A DNA stretch of 53,763 nucleotides, filler included, from Sphacelaria rigidula (GCA_964200075.2; 5 parts of 5 records of this genome joined end to end with filler, not necessarily neighbours in it), one strand, 5' to 3'. Positions 10,776 to 23,831 are shown, counted from the first letter of the whole stretch. Notes: a model not told the origin generated them from the letters alone. A program made the numbers and translations.

Positions 10776-13077
10776 AGTTTTGTTCGTGTTAGTTTTACGT
10801 TTTTTCTACATCCCAAATAATCCATAATTCTTGAGCCAAAAGCAAACATGAAGATATCAGACACAGATGGCGTGGTGGCGGTGCTGTCACCGAAATCGTG
10901 CGTTTGGGGTTTCGGATGAATTGAAATTTCACATTGGACAGCACTGGTATAGGGTACACAATACCCGATAAGGTCCAGTAGCTACATTTTGTGTATTTAT
11001 TTACAGTACTTTACTCGTGAAGTGTTGTGTCTCTTACGAAATTCTTTTCAGAGTGCTCTTTTTCCAGCTATGTTTTGTCAGGTATCACACGACTCACTTG
11101 ATCGGATGAAACTTTTCACACTTTGAACATGTCACGATCAAGCTCAAATTCCTTGTCCTCTGTGTACTGATGAATAATGATCCGGATCATCTACCCCCTC
11201 TTCTCCATGTTTGTTCCTTACAGCGCCGGACGCCGAGCACGGCTAGTACCGCTAAGGTTGCGCCTTGGCTTTTCTGACTCCGCCGTTACATGTAAGTTTG
11301 TGTTGTTGGACCAACGGATTCGAGAGTGCTTTTTGAACAGTTGTTTCAGACATATCATGATTTGTGCGACGTGTGAGAAATTTCGCAAATATCATTACTT
11401 GGTTCTAGTGTGTACACTGATCTTCGAACTTCAGTGGGGCCGATAGTCCCAAGTATTCCTACCATAGCGTGAGCAGAACGCTTTTCTGTCCAACTCGGCG
11501 CCGCAGGAACCGATTTGACGCCTGCCAACACACGCTTTTCCTAGAGCACCCTCTGCACTCTCCTTGCCCAAGGATTCACGGTATGCCTGTGGTTGGGGTC
11601 AGGCTTGGCGTTATTTCAAGGGTAACATTTCCAAGGGAGTTCTTCAAAGAGCGATTCAACCAAGTGACGATACGAGCTCATACCCTTTTGACTGCCTCCC
11701 CCCACAGATGGGCCCAGACGAACCACGCCCAATTGATTGTTTAAAAAAGCTGTTTGTTCACTAGACAAAGTCGCTTTTTCCAAGAATGTGTTGATGTTGG
11801 GCATAGATACATGGAAGATAGTCACGGAAAACCCCTGACCAGTTTTGAGCCTCGCAGTATATTACATGCAGAGTCGCTATGTAGCTCTTCGCTGAGAAGC
11901 TTTCCGTTTTCGTGGGCACATGCTTCTTCTGGTTCATGAGCGGCGCACTGGGATTTGACGTTCCATCACACACTTCTCGCACACCGCACCCGCGATGGTA
12001 CAGTCAGTGCTGCATGACACAATCCTCGCATACAAGTGTAGTACAGTCAGTGGAGAATTTGCTCCATAGGTAATATATGCCATACAAGTTTGATCCTGAT
12101 AACCGACATGTTAGGGCCGTAGTGAAGAAACAAATTTACGGAAATGAGATGATCCAAGAAGATGGCCGAAATTGACAGAAATTAGTTTTGAACCTAGGAC
12201 CCCAACATTTCCGTTATCCACATCAAAACTAGTATGGCGCTTAGTGCTTGTCAATAGCTACCAGCAAGAGCAGAAATGGGATCATACACCGAATATTGGA
12301 TGTGGATACGAGCAGTTGCATGCTCTGGGTTTGTCATCCTCGAGAAGAACACCATCCCCAATTTGTAAAATCCCATGTGATAAGACAGTTCAGCGTCTCT
12401 GGCGCGACACGTAGGTGAGGTCACAATAAGTATTACTTTTCGTATGTTTACAAAACGATATATATCGGCCTATTCGAGCGAAAATACTCAAGGGTTGGGT
12501 AGTATCAGCCGATCCCTAAACGATGTTGCCAATCGTTTACTGGGATGAATGGCGGCACGCGCAAACACTTGCGAACATCCCTCACTACGGGAACACTTGA
12601 AAAATCCCCAACTTTGAACGTTTATTGGGGTACGGTATCGGGGAAAACAGAGATTTCGGTCCACACGGTAGTCACGCCGTTCCAAAACATTATCCGTGGA
12701 CCTCAGCAGTCTTCGAGGAAAAATGGCCGTGCAGGAAGGAAAAGCGAGTGAGATGAACAAAAAAAAGGATGAGCCACCGAAAAAAACGCCCAGGCTTTTG
12801 TTTTACCATGTCCAGGAGTACAGAAAGGCACTGGGAGGTGTCGAAATCTGGCCAGCTCTCTTTTAAGGCGTCAAGCGACGTACACGCTCTAGTAAAGGCA
12901 CTGTCGCATATTCCTATTTTCGTCTGCCATAAGGAGCGGCGGCGCGCAGGTATATCGTATCGCGAAATGCAGAAATCCCCACAACAGCAATTGCGCCACC
13001 AACCTCTGCATGATATGGGGGGTGGGTTAAGTGCGGCCGATCGCTGTTGAAGGAATTAGCCAGCATTCTCCACATGT

Positions 13078-16000
13078 GTGAGGAGACTCATCGTCCCTTT
13101 CCGGCCTTGCAAATATGCGCAGGATGCGGTACCTCCCGCGGAAGTCACGCGCACAGCATTGCGGAGGGGCGAGTGCCGTGTCCATTGTAATTGCGATCGC
13201 CATGTAGTCACGGTACAGGGGGCGGCGGTGGAGCGGGTGGCAGAGCCATTCGATCCACGCCAACCGCGGTTGAACGTACGCCTGTCGCCGGCGGGTGTCG
13301 GACACCACAGCGGGACGTTGTAACAGGCGGCGTCACACTTGCGGAGCTCCTGTGGTTTCTCCGTGTTCAGACGGGAGGTGCAGAAGCGCTCGCCGCCAGT
13401 TCGCACTCCGGAGGGGAAGCGGCGATGGGCTTTGAGAGGGGTTCCTTTTGGGGCTTGAAGAGCGAACGCATGCTAACTCGCCCCCCCCCCCTATAGTTAG
13501 CGGGACGTTGGGCGCCAGCCGGCGCGTACTCGCAAGCGGCGACTGTCGCCATGCGGAAAGGCGGTGTGTGGCTCTACACACACATGGGGTGGGCGGTGTG
13601 GCGTGTGCGTCGGAAACCCTTCCCATTCGTGTCAATTGCTGTGTGCCGCTTGCCACCGTCCATCCCGGTGCACGTTGCCCCCGGAGAAGCCATTCCGGTA
13701 CCTGAGTGATGACGCCGCCGTGGCGGAAGCGGCGGCATCATAGGATGGGATAAAAAAGTCCGGGGAGGCGGCAGACAGTGCGGTGGTGGACGGTTGGGTG
13801 CCCAGCGCTGAATGCCTCTGCACCGTACCTGACTGTTTCTTGGACCTGCGGACGAAAATAGAGCGGAGAGAGGCGGAGGCGGGGAGGACGTGCACACTAT
13901 GTGGGCGACTAGGTCTGAGGGAGCGCAGGACACCCAGCCGTGACGCGCGTGTAATGGAAGCATTCCGATCCAACGCCGCGCGCATAGACAACTTCGCCGC
14001 CATCAGCAATACATTGCATTCCGCCAGCGTCATTTGCGGTGCGTGTGCAGAGGAGTTCCGGGCGAAGAGGGCGGCGACAGTGCTGGCGAAAAGAGAGGAT
14101 GGGAAGTGGACGGTGCAGTAGTACCGCCTGCATCTGGACTCGGCCGACGGCCCCGCGAAGTGCCCGTTCCGGTTTGCTCGCCGTGTGGCCCTGCAAGCGA
14201 TGTTGACGGGGCTTGCGCGCCCGGTCCATATCGACGATGGGATGGATATTCTCCGAAATGCTCGCGCCGAGGCCGGTGTTGAAGACATTACAGATAAGTC
14301 CTTGAGGTCTGACATCATGGACCTCTTCAATGATGTGACAACAACGACGGGCGACACTTGCAGCGTAGTCTGCTCCGGAGAGGACGCGGGGGGTGACACC
14401 AGGGTTAGGTCACATGCTGTCGTGCCTTCCAAAGTAAATCCCCGACGGGTGGGATCTCTTTACGGCAGAGAAGGCCAGCTCCGGCGCCGCGTTGAGCTTG
14501 TGGGGGGTCCGGCACACGAGAACACCGAAAAGGAAGGTCATATGGGGGCCGGAGGGAGTGCTGCGGAGGACGGCAAAAAGGATGAAGCCTTCATTAAGAG
14601 GGCCGCGCGGCTAGTGCAGGCGAGTGTGCACTGCTGCCCTATGTTGGCGAACAGTGCACTTTCCGGCCCGTCGGATGCCGAATTACAATTGACGGTTCCA
14701 CATATGCTGCCAAATACGTGTGCAGGAGTCATTGCCTCCTGAGCTCAGAACGTTTCTGGTGTCGTTATGCGATATTAGATCGGAAGCTGGCGCCCCCGCT
14801 GCATGCGCTGGCGGAGAGGGATGGTCGAAGGATGCCGTGTTTATATATATGGTGGGCACGATGATAGGCAGGCGGATTCTGGAGGCCAGATTCGTCCCCA
14901 ATCACTACCTCCAGTTGTCGCAGGCCTTGAAAGCGCGAGGTGTCGCCGCGAAGCCCATGTCTTTGTTGTCCAGCGTCAGCATGTGCATGTCGGACAAGCA
15001 GAGGTGGATGAAAGAAAACCTACTATCGGCTGTCAGCGATGACGTGCCTAAGGACCACACAATCGGAGTATCCCTTGCTTTCGACAACAACGACTACGAC
15101 CCCTTGGCGAAGTTCGTTACTGCCAAACACTGCTCGTTCATCGGGTGCACAGAACATCACCACGAGAAGGCCCTGTCACTGCCGGCGACGTTTGGCAGCA
15201 AAAACACGTGGATGCCGGCCGCCGACTGTACCGAGGCTTTGCTCCTCAATGGTCGCCCGCGCGCGAATCACGGCGAGCCCATGCAAGATTGGAACGCCCT
15301 CGGGTTGGGGATTGTCGGCAGAAGCACAGAATACCTTACACGGGCTGAAACGGGGGCGTCTTGCTTGGAGATGGAACTGCGGAAAGTGTTGACGCCGGCG
15401 CCAGTGCGTCTTGCTTCGAAGACTCTGTTCAGTCCGGCTCTACGAAATGCGAGGCTGACAACGAGGCCGCCCTGGAGAGAATGCTCAGCATCTGCGATGC
15501 CGTCGGTGAAGATGGGCGGGTAGTAATGGTGAAGGGAGATGAAGAGACGTACACATTCTTGGTGTACGCTAAGGCTGCGAACCCTCGAAAATGGTGGCAG
15601 GCCAAACCACATCCTGGAGGTTGGCATGTGATGCTGCATGCGACGAGGGCAATAGGTCGTCTGTTCTGGGGGGCGGGGGTGGAGAGCGTTGCTAAGCTGC
15701 TAAGCGGCGACGACAAACATGCGGCTGCATGTAAGACGCACCGCAGAAACTATCCGTTCCTCATGGTGACTTTCGAAGGGCTGTGGTGTGTGATCGTCGA
15801 GGACATTTGTGCAGAGAAGGGGTGTCAGTCACCGGATGTCGTGCAGGCAGTGGTCCTGTGGCTGCGAGAGCGAGCAACAACCCACGTGATTTTGAGGGTT
15901 TAGCTGCCATTTCTGCTGGATTAGTTTCCGGCGTACCTTGCGTTTCGTACGGCAACACGGACGGGAAATTATCCTCTCCGCACTGCCGCCTTCCGGGAAA

Positions 16001-19000
16001 TGGCGCCCGTCCTCACTGTGACTGGGAAGGTGCGCTATCAGCGAGTTTTCGCCACTCACATCGGCCACATCACGCGGATGACCGACGGCGACTTTCGCGC
16101 GGCGGGCAGCCCTGTTCTGTGCCCCATATTCCGGCCTCCAGTTCTCCCACGTCACCCTGGACGAGTATCAGGAGATGTCTAATCGTGTAGTGAAAGGGTC
16201 TATTGGGAGGATAACCCCGGGCTTCGTCGAGAAACTGGGGCCGATAAGCTGGAGCCGCAAGGCGGCAATGGCCGATGTTGACACTCACCTGCACCGTTCG
16301 ACAAAGGAGCGCAATCCCGCGGCAATCTTGAATCGCGACAGGGAGGGAGCTGTGCGGAAGGTCTTACCATTCCTCAGGACCTGCCCAGCCTTCCCTGATG
16401 CCGGTAAAGACACGTTGAAGTCTTTCAGTCTCGCGGTGGCTACCAAATCCGAGGCGAAGAAGATGCTGGCTCTGAAGGAGACAACATCCGAGCGATGGAA
16501 GGAGGTATTGACAGGAGTAGCGAAGCGTGGCAGTACCGGTACAAATATCACAAACTACAAGCTGCCAGTGTTGAAGACGCTGAACACCACATCCAGAGCT
16601 TCTATGAAACCCCAAAGGAAGAGCGCCGTTCACAAGGAGTTCGAAGACTTGACGTTGCAAGGCCAGGGACTGCAGATGGTGAGCGGAAGTGTGGGGTCCG
16701 TATTGCCGGTCGCTGTGGCGCACGATGGGAACGGCGGGAGGCGCACGGCCGTGAAGTCGTGTGGAATACGGGATCTCATCGCCGGGTCATGCCCCGACGA
16801 CGACATTATTAAATGTGAGCCGCACGACGATGTAGATGGGTCGGCTGTCGATCTGGCGACAGAACTACACAGAGCACCCCCCTCCGCCGTGTTGGAGAAG
16901 GGGGAGATGGGCGTTCTGCGGTACTTTCGACAGAAAGTCTTCCACAACGCTGAGGGGGGCGGGACTGTGGTGGCGATATGCTACGACTATGCACCTCTTG
17001 TTCCTCCGATCAAGGCTGCCGAGCAAGCCAGGCGCCGCGCGGCGGCGTCGGGAAAGTTCGAAGAGTTCGATCCGGCGTCGGGGGAGGAGCTACCAAGCGG
17101 GAATGTGTTCCAAGCATATCTCCAGGCGTATCACACCCGTGACGATCTCGCCCGTCATCTACTCCAACACTACTTATCTCACAGGGACGAGAAGGAAGAC
17201 AAAGGAGGCACGACGCTCGCATTCACGGGCATACCGGTCACGCCACCCAAACTTGTAGGCTCGCGAGAGGGCGCAAACTGTGGGGAGTTTGCTGCCAGGG
17301 GAGTCGAAGACGTGCGGGGAGGGTGCCGCCCGGCCACTGCCGCATCCTGCGAGAACACGGCGCCGGGGAAGAGCGCAGAGGAATCATGTGCGGGGATGGG
17401 AGGGCAACCCGCCGGTCCGTCGGCCGCCGCGTGGGTCGGATTTTCATCACCCACTACCGATACGAGAGGTGCTGGTGACGCGGGAAGTGGCAGACCCCGA
17501 GTGTTCGGCGAAGGCAGTACAAATGTTGTCGCTCACACGACCGCCGCTGGGTTACACGCGGCCTTGACGGGCACGCCGAGTGGCGAGGAAGCGTGTGCTG
17601 CGCGAGCCGCCGACAGGGCTGCGGCGGCGTGTTCAGACCTGCATGTGTGCACTGCTGGCGGCGCTCAGGTGACGAGCGCGGGTCGCCACTGAAGTGCGGG
17701 TGCAGTGGTTGCGGGAATAACCGCTGCTTCTGCGGGAAGAGCAGGCGGTGAAGGACAGGACGCTCCTCAGCGGGCGCTCAGCACTGGAGATGGGGCAGCT
17801 GCCCCCCCGCTTGTCCTGTGGGGAGAGGGTCGGCCGCAATCAATGCATGGTCTTGGAATCGGCGAGGGAGAGCTGGCCACGGCGCATTTTGTAGTACACC
17901 ATGCTAAGTACACGAAGAGTCGAGCCCTTCAACTGTGGATGGCTACCTCTGGCGACACAGATCAGGTCGTGCATATCGTCCTCGCTATGGCAGTCGGGGC
18001 TATTCCATCTTGTGGCCCCGGGAAAGTGGATGTGCAGGTGCGCCATAAGAAAGGGCAGGGTGCCGCAGAGTTCGTGCTCGTCAATAGAGTATACGAGGCC
18101 GTGTGCGATGGGGATAAGTGGGCAGCAGGAGCACCGGGCGGCGGTAAGCGCGCGCCGGGATGATTGTGCGATTCGGCGAAAGGGGTATTGTTTGTTGTGC
18201 TGTATTTCCTCGCCGGTTGAGATTTCCTGCCGGCGATACACAGCATGAACTTCAGGAAAATGCTGAAGCACGTGAGGATGGCGGTGGCCATGCCTGGACT
18301 GTTCGAGGATCCCATCTTAGCACTCAGTGGAGGCAGGTGGCGGGTGCACATCGAAGGGGCTGTGAAGATGCCGTATGTGCGCTATTCGAAGAACACGTCG
18401 ATGTGTTCCAGACGAAATTCGCGTGTGATGCCGTGGGGCTGTTCGAGGCGGCAGAGATCGAGCGGGATAGTCGTAAATTTGCGCACGTTGTGCAGGATAC
18501 GATTTGGAAGGCGAGAGGCGCGAGGGGGAACCCCAAATGGGATGCCTGAGAGTTGTAGGTAAAGAGGGCGGACGCGGTCTTGGAGTATTGACAGGGGGCC
18601 TGGATCGTACGACCCCGACTGCGTCTTTCCAAGGGCGGGGTTGGTCGACAGAAGGGGGCGACGACACCATTATCCTCCCCAAGGATAACGTGGCGCTCAG
18701 ACTGTCAACCCATGCAGTACTGATCACGCACGGGCAACCAAAAACACTGACTCGCGGTTGCGATCCCGCGAGGGCGGAGAAGCACAGGTGCCGGGCCTGC
18801 ACCTGTGGGAGGCTGGGGACGCCATGCGCGTACGGCACTGCGGATGTGAGGGCTCCTGCAGCACAATTCGCACGGGCGGCGCTTATGCGGCCGAAGCAGC
18901 AGCGACGGGCCCAAGGTTGCCGGCGGCTGCAGGAAACGCAGGACATGGTGTTGTGGCTTTGGCGTGTGGCAGGGTCGGCACTCGTGCGGCGAAAGAGGCG

Positions 19001-19842
19001 GCGGCGGGCCCAACCGTGGCGGGGGGCTCTGGAAACGCGGGACGTGGTGTTGAGGGTCTGCCCCATCGCAGTGTCGGCGCTCATGCTGCCGAAGCGGCGG
19101 CGGCGGGCCCAGCTGTGGTCGAGGGCGGTGGAAACACGGGACATAGTGTTGAGGTTTTGGCCTGTGGCAGGGTCGGCGCCAAATCAGCAGCAGTGGCGTC
19201 GACCGTGGCGGCGGCCGCTGGAACCGCAGGACATGGTGTTGAGGGTTTGGAACTCGGCGCTGGTGGCCGCATTCGGCCCGAGCAGCAGCGGCGGGCCCAA
19301 CCGTCGCGGCGGCCAATCGATATGCAGGACATGCCACTGAGGGCTTGGGCCATGGTACGGTCGGCGCTCGTGCAGCGACAGCAGCAGGGGCCGCCCCGAT
19401 GCTGGCGGCGAGCGGTGGAATCACAGGGGATGCTTTTGAGGGTGTGACACCTCGCGCAGGCGAAGGTCATGCGGCGAAAGCAAAAGCGGCGGTCTCAACC
19501 GGTGGTGAGGCAGGCGTCGGCGAGTTGGAACTGGCGTCGGATGGCCACTCTTCAGAGGGCGACGTCTCACTGACAGGTGTGAACGTGGGGCGTGCAGTTG
19601 TTGTTAGCCGTTCATGGCGCCAGCCGTGTGCGACAGGTCATATCTATGTTGCGGCCTACAACTGCTGCATTATCCGCAGTGAACGTGACAGGTCTGTGAA
19701 CACACCGTTGGTTGGATTCCCGCCTCACCCCCCACCCCTCGATGAGATTGGCGTCGGGGTGCAACAATGCGGCAAATCACACCACTCGCAGCGTCACGTA
19801 CGCGATGCCGCCGGGTCCTTCTTGTTTTTGCGCTCGCGATAA
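13078..19842 (+). pseudogene. Academ transposase plus XPG/FEN1-like nuclease plus Cys-rich domain, disrupted by stops and frameshifts
   Basis: Motifs in order: CTLC...CGAC; AFDNND (D at 15083); KGDEETY (D at 15538); HPGGWH (~15610-15627); AFRTATRTGNY...MAPV..TGKVRY; FSHVTLDEYQEMSNRVVK (16142-16195); AVDLATELH; CYDYAPLVPPIKAAEQARRR; GEGEL; SGDTDQ; LYFLAG*DFLP (TGA at 18218 in place of the Cys of GCD); GRGW; C..CRACTC......C / CGC...C. In-frame stops at 14119, 15901, 17690, 18161 and 18218. Confidence 0.8.
18870..19460 (+). repeat. Degenerate 99-bp (33-codon) tandem repeat in the 3' part of the Academ ORF
   Basis: ggaaac(g/a)c(a/g)ggac(a/g)t.gtgttg recurs at 18932, 19031, 19130 and ~19220, with weaker copies at ~19319 and ~19417. 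Confidence 0.8.
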
Positions 19843-21449
19843 TTTGATCTTCTGCGAGAGGCGACATACCTCAACGTCGCGCGACACACCCTTCCGGGAG
19901 TATGTAATCGATGCATGTCTATGTAAGCGGCTCAAGGGGAAAAATGTACGGATGCTATAAAGATTGTGATCCATATTAAAAACAAACTCGGATGCTGTCC
20001 GGACACACTCCTCGTACTGAACTAAATGCAGATGACACTGATTCGGAGTCGGATGTTGACTCGGGCGTAGAGGAGTTGTCCGACTTCGAGGAGGATTGGC
20101 CAAAGCGCCAATCAGCGTCTTAGGAACGGCGGATGCGAATGGCGACGAGGTAGGAGATATCGTTCAGTTTCACGTATGGTAGTAACTCTTACGTAACAGG
20201 TTCTATGTACAAGATTTATGGGTGAAAATTGAGAGCACTATAGAACTACTCGCCCGCAGAGTAGTCGCCCGCACGTGCGTCGAAGAGGGCTGTTGGGGGC
20301 GGAGCCGCCCTCCCCCCACTAGCCCCGATGGGGTTGGCGTCGGTTGGCGATGACACTGTAAAATACGCCACTCACGGCGTCACCTGCGCCACGAGATTCC
20401 TGCATTTTGTTTTTTGCGCGCTAACGTTAATTTTTCTGCGGTAACCATGATGGAGCTTTCGTTCACGGTAACATGCGATGGAGCTGGGATTAGGCTTACG
20501 TTTTTTTGTTTCCCCTGTATTTCGAGGCGCCTCATCGACCGGGAAACATTTTCCCCGCTTGCGCCATGGAAGAATACATCACAGCAATCACGCCACATGG
20601 AATCTGTGACTGTGTGAAATGTCACCACCTATGATGTAATATCCGCGCGGCTAATGGCAAATAGCGGTCGTTGGTAAACCAAATATAGATCCGTCTCGTC
20701 GTGGTGAGTTCTGTCACTGTAGGGGGCGTGCGAGCGCAAGCGTGTGCGGCCCGGAAACTAGAGATGTTAGTTTCACGTAACTGCACTTATCGGACGCGTT
20801 CGATGTTAGAAAGAAGGAGATCGTGGATTGGGGGAGATTCATGTAACCTCCTCCGTCGCGTCATGTCGCCGCGTTCGTGCTGACGTTAAGCATATCAAGC
20901 CTGAGCAGGTGGACGAAACGGATGCTTTTTCATCGCACGCAGCGGCCATGGCGGCCTGCTCGGTACGAGGCCAGGAGCACAAGGCAGCAGGAGAGAAGGC
21001 ACAATAGCAGTACACGTGGAGCGACAATTAATTGACATATATGATGGCGGTTTGTATCGCCTTCCTTGGTACGGAAGTTGTCGGGGTAGGGTAGTCGGCG
21101 ATGGGAAAGGGTGAAATGCGGACAACGCCTGAGGAACCCTACTCCATACGCTAAGCATGGCACAGTTGGCGTCCCGCAAGCGGTCAAGAGTTGTTAGTCC
21201 GATTGTGTTCGTACGTCCACTGGAAAGGTTGTGTTCCGAAAGGTTGTGTCCGCATCATACTGTGTTGGCGGCGAAAGTTTACTCATTCTGTCCCGCCACT
21301 GGTGTTGAGTGGGATAACACGCGACGTCGTGATATGCCATGGTGCAGGGAGCAATGCTACGGTAGGGGTACACTTTTTTCGCGAAATTTTGTCTAGTTCA
21401 GGGGCTCCCAACGATTCTGGACGCACAAGAATACGGGTCAGGGCATCCC

Positions 21450-21549
21450 NNNNNNNNNNNNNNNNNNNNNNNNNNNNNNNNNNNNNNNNNNNNTTAATTA
21501 ATTAANNNNNNNNNNNNNNNNNNNNNNNNNNNNNNNNNNNNNNNNNNNN
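21450..21549. other. Artificial contig linker
   Basis: N44-TTAATTAATTAA-N44. Confidence 0.97.
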
Positions 21550-21634
21550 GTCAATGGTCAAATGACTAAGGCAAGCAACAAATGAGTACGCCCCCCCCCC
21601 CCGTGAATCCTGTACTTGGTATACTTTCTCGCAG

Positions 21635-22180
21635 CTCGGCTCTGACATGACGCTGGCCACGGTGTGGAAGTGCCTGAGCCGCGACTTTGCCCACGCGTCC
21701 GCCGCCTCGGCTGAATCTAAATTACAAGCCGCTGCTGCCACCCGCGCCGCTAAGCACTGCCGGGAGAGACTGGGGCTCGATTCCATAGATGGCGCGCCTG
21801 GTATCACGTTTGCACAGATGGCGACCGCCTGCGAGTGTCTGACCGCTGATCTCTGCGGGGAAGAAGAAAACGCAGATAATGAGGCTACGAGAAGGGGTGA
21901 GTCTCGATGGTCGAGGAGCGGGGGACGGGGGGCGACCGAGGGAGATATGGCGGCGGCTGTTCGGAGGCGTTTGCGGGGCCACTCTGTTAAGATAGTTGGA
22001 GAACGACACGGTTCGGTTGATGGTGTTACGGAAGATGGAGAAATTGCTATTCGTTGGAATTATTGGGAAGGGCGGCGTCGGGGTCATGATTGCGGTCGCG
22101 CACGTGGGCATGCAGAAGACTCGGCGGCGGGGAATGGCTGCGAAGAAGCGTCGCCATTCTCCTTTTCGGCTGCGGTTTGA
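21635..22180 (+). CDS. Terminal exon of a TCAIM (DUF4461)-like protein
   Basis: tactttctcgcag| in phase 0 with ORF 21647-22180. AAKHCRERLGLDSIDGAPGITFAQMATACECL and V.EDGEIAIRWNY resemble the TCAIM C-terminus (QM..CC..L ... DGD.CIPWNW) as recalled. Confidence 0.6.
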   Translation, partial: LGSDMTLATVWKCLSRDFAHASAASAESKLQAAAATRAAKHCRERLGLDSIDGAPGITFAQMATACECLTADLCGEEENADNEATRRGESRWSRSGGRGATEGDMAAAVRRRLRGHSVKIVGERHGSVDGVTEDGEIAIRWNYWEGRRRGHDCGRARGHAEDSAAGNGCEEASPFSFSAAV

Positions 22181-23831
22181 ATTTCATGTGTGATATCCAC
22201 CCTGTACTTTCAAGTGTGTGCACATGTTGTATGTGTTGTGTTTGTATGTTCATCATGCACGGCTGTAGCCTGATGTGGTGTTAATATGTCGGGGGGGGGG
22301 GTTGCTTTGTGAAAAGGTGTCGTTCTTGCGCTGTTTATGAAGACTGAGATCTTTTCATGAGGCTTTTTTTTTCTCACGCTTGAGCGTGGCATTTTATTGG
22401 CGCTTGAAAGTCGGTATTGTCACACGGTGGCGCGCGTGCGGTGAGTGGACGTTGATCGTTGTAGAGTTGACTGACGTGATAGAGTACCAGTGTCACTGGA
22501 GTTGAATGCGGAGAGCCGCCTGCTGTGTCGCACAGTGCCACACAACAATGTAGTTAAATGCCCTATGTGCTTTGAGCAGTATGTGTGTGCGAAGGAACCG
22601 TTTTCGGTGATCACCCAAGGGTGTATTGGAGCCTCATGTGAGCGCGGCGAAATTTTTGGGCCTAACACAACGCGCGGGTCTTGTGTTGAAGTCGGCACTT
22701 GTACGTGGGTTTGTGTGTGACCAAGTGAAAGCTCAACTATTTCGTGCGTCACATTACCGCGAGCGTGTTGATAGGATTTTGATGTAGAAGTTCGGCAGCA
22801 TTTGCTGATGTTCCGGGATACGGGTTCACGATGTTGTTGGACCCAAAGTTTACTCACGCCGCCGCGTAACGGCGCCTGCCCCCCGTTGCTGGCGGTAATA
22901 CTTTCCTTTGCACTGCAACTGTCTTCTGTGTTGTACCCCTGTGCTCGAGGGTTCAGGGTCTGCGTTTCCTTGAGGGTTGAGGTCAGGGCTAAGGTTGGGG
23001 TAAGGTCGGCTCAGGTTGGTGCAATGATCACCAGTGGCACAAGGGACCACTTTGTCGACAAGTAGTAGCATATCGGGCGCACCAAACGGTGGACCCGTGC
23101 AGGTGTAATTAGTGGTTGTGTCAATCCCCTAGAAGTGAGTCAATGTACCCACGAGGTGGTATCATTGTTCCGTACAAGAGTTTCACATCGAGGTGATATA
23201 GCTCGATTTTGTGGCGTGTGATACGGCATCGACACACGTGCTGCTGGGTAAAACAAGCGTCGCTTTTGACTGCGCAAGCGGTCGTAACGGCCACCGCTGC
23301 CTTTAGCAGCGTCTCTGTGTCCGTACTTTGCAACATTCCATTTCCAGAAGGTGTTCGTTCGGTGGTACGAGTGAGCAGGATGGCCCGCACCTGGATCTAT
23401 GATATTTTATGGGTTTTTTTTTTATCGTGTACACAGGACGCCCGTAAATGGGTACATATAATTTATTTTGTACGCCTGAAGGTTTCGTATACCTGGAATT
23501 ATTGAGTTCGACTACGTTGGATCGTAAGCCCGCTACACATACATGATACCCATCCGCGTACGTAATTTCGGGTTTGAGATCTGTCGCCGAGTCCTTGCGC
23601 GCCTATAGCGTTTCATGTAGATACTTCTGTCCTGGTGAACTGCTGGCGACCAATCAAATCCCTTCCGAATGACGTCCTACATGGTCAAGAGCTCCTTCGC
23701 CCATACACTCTGTATCCGTGGATGATGTCACTCGTCGATCCAGCATTTGACGACATATGATCAGACTCGTCGGCCGATTATTTTTCACGAATCAGCACGT
23801 TACGAGCACATCCCCCATTTCCCCCTTACAA

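Larger units (their letters stand above)
12583..21449 (+). mobile_element. Academ (AcademX-type) DNA transposon, degenerate; ends unresolved
   Basis: Contains the transposase/XPG pseudo-ORF listed next. The left boundary is only a candidate (CACTACGGGAAC at 12583). No matching right TIR was found before the contig end. Confidence 0.6.

Noticed and set aside
13078-19842. Endogenous phaeovirus segment or host FEN1/XPG gene
   Set aside because: No viral hallmark genes; the nuclease motifs are fused behind DDE-transposase motifs in Academ order; intronless and decayed
22945-23015. Telomeric repeat (also 1577-1600)
   Set aside because: Only a few degenerate aggg(t/c)-like units, internal to contigs
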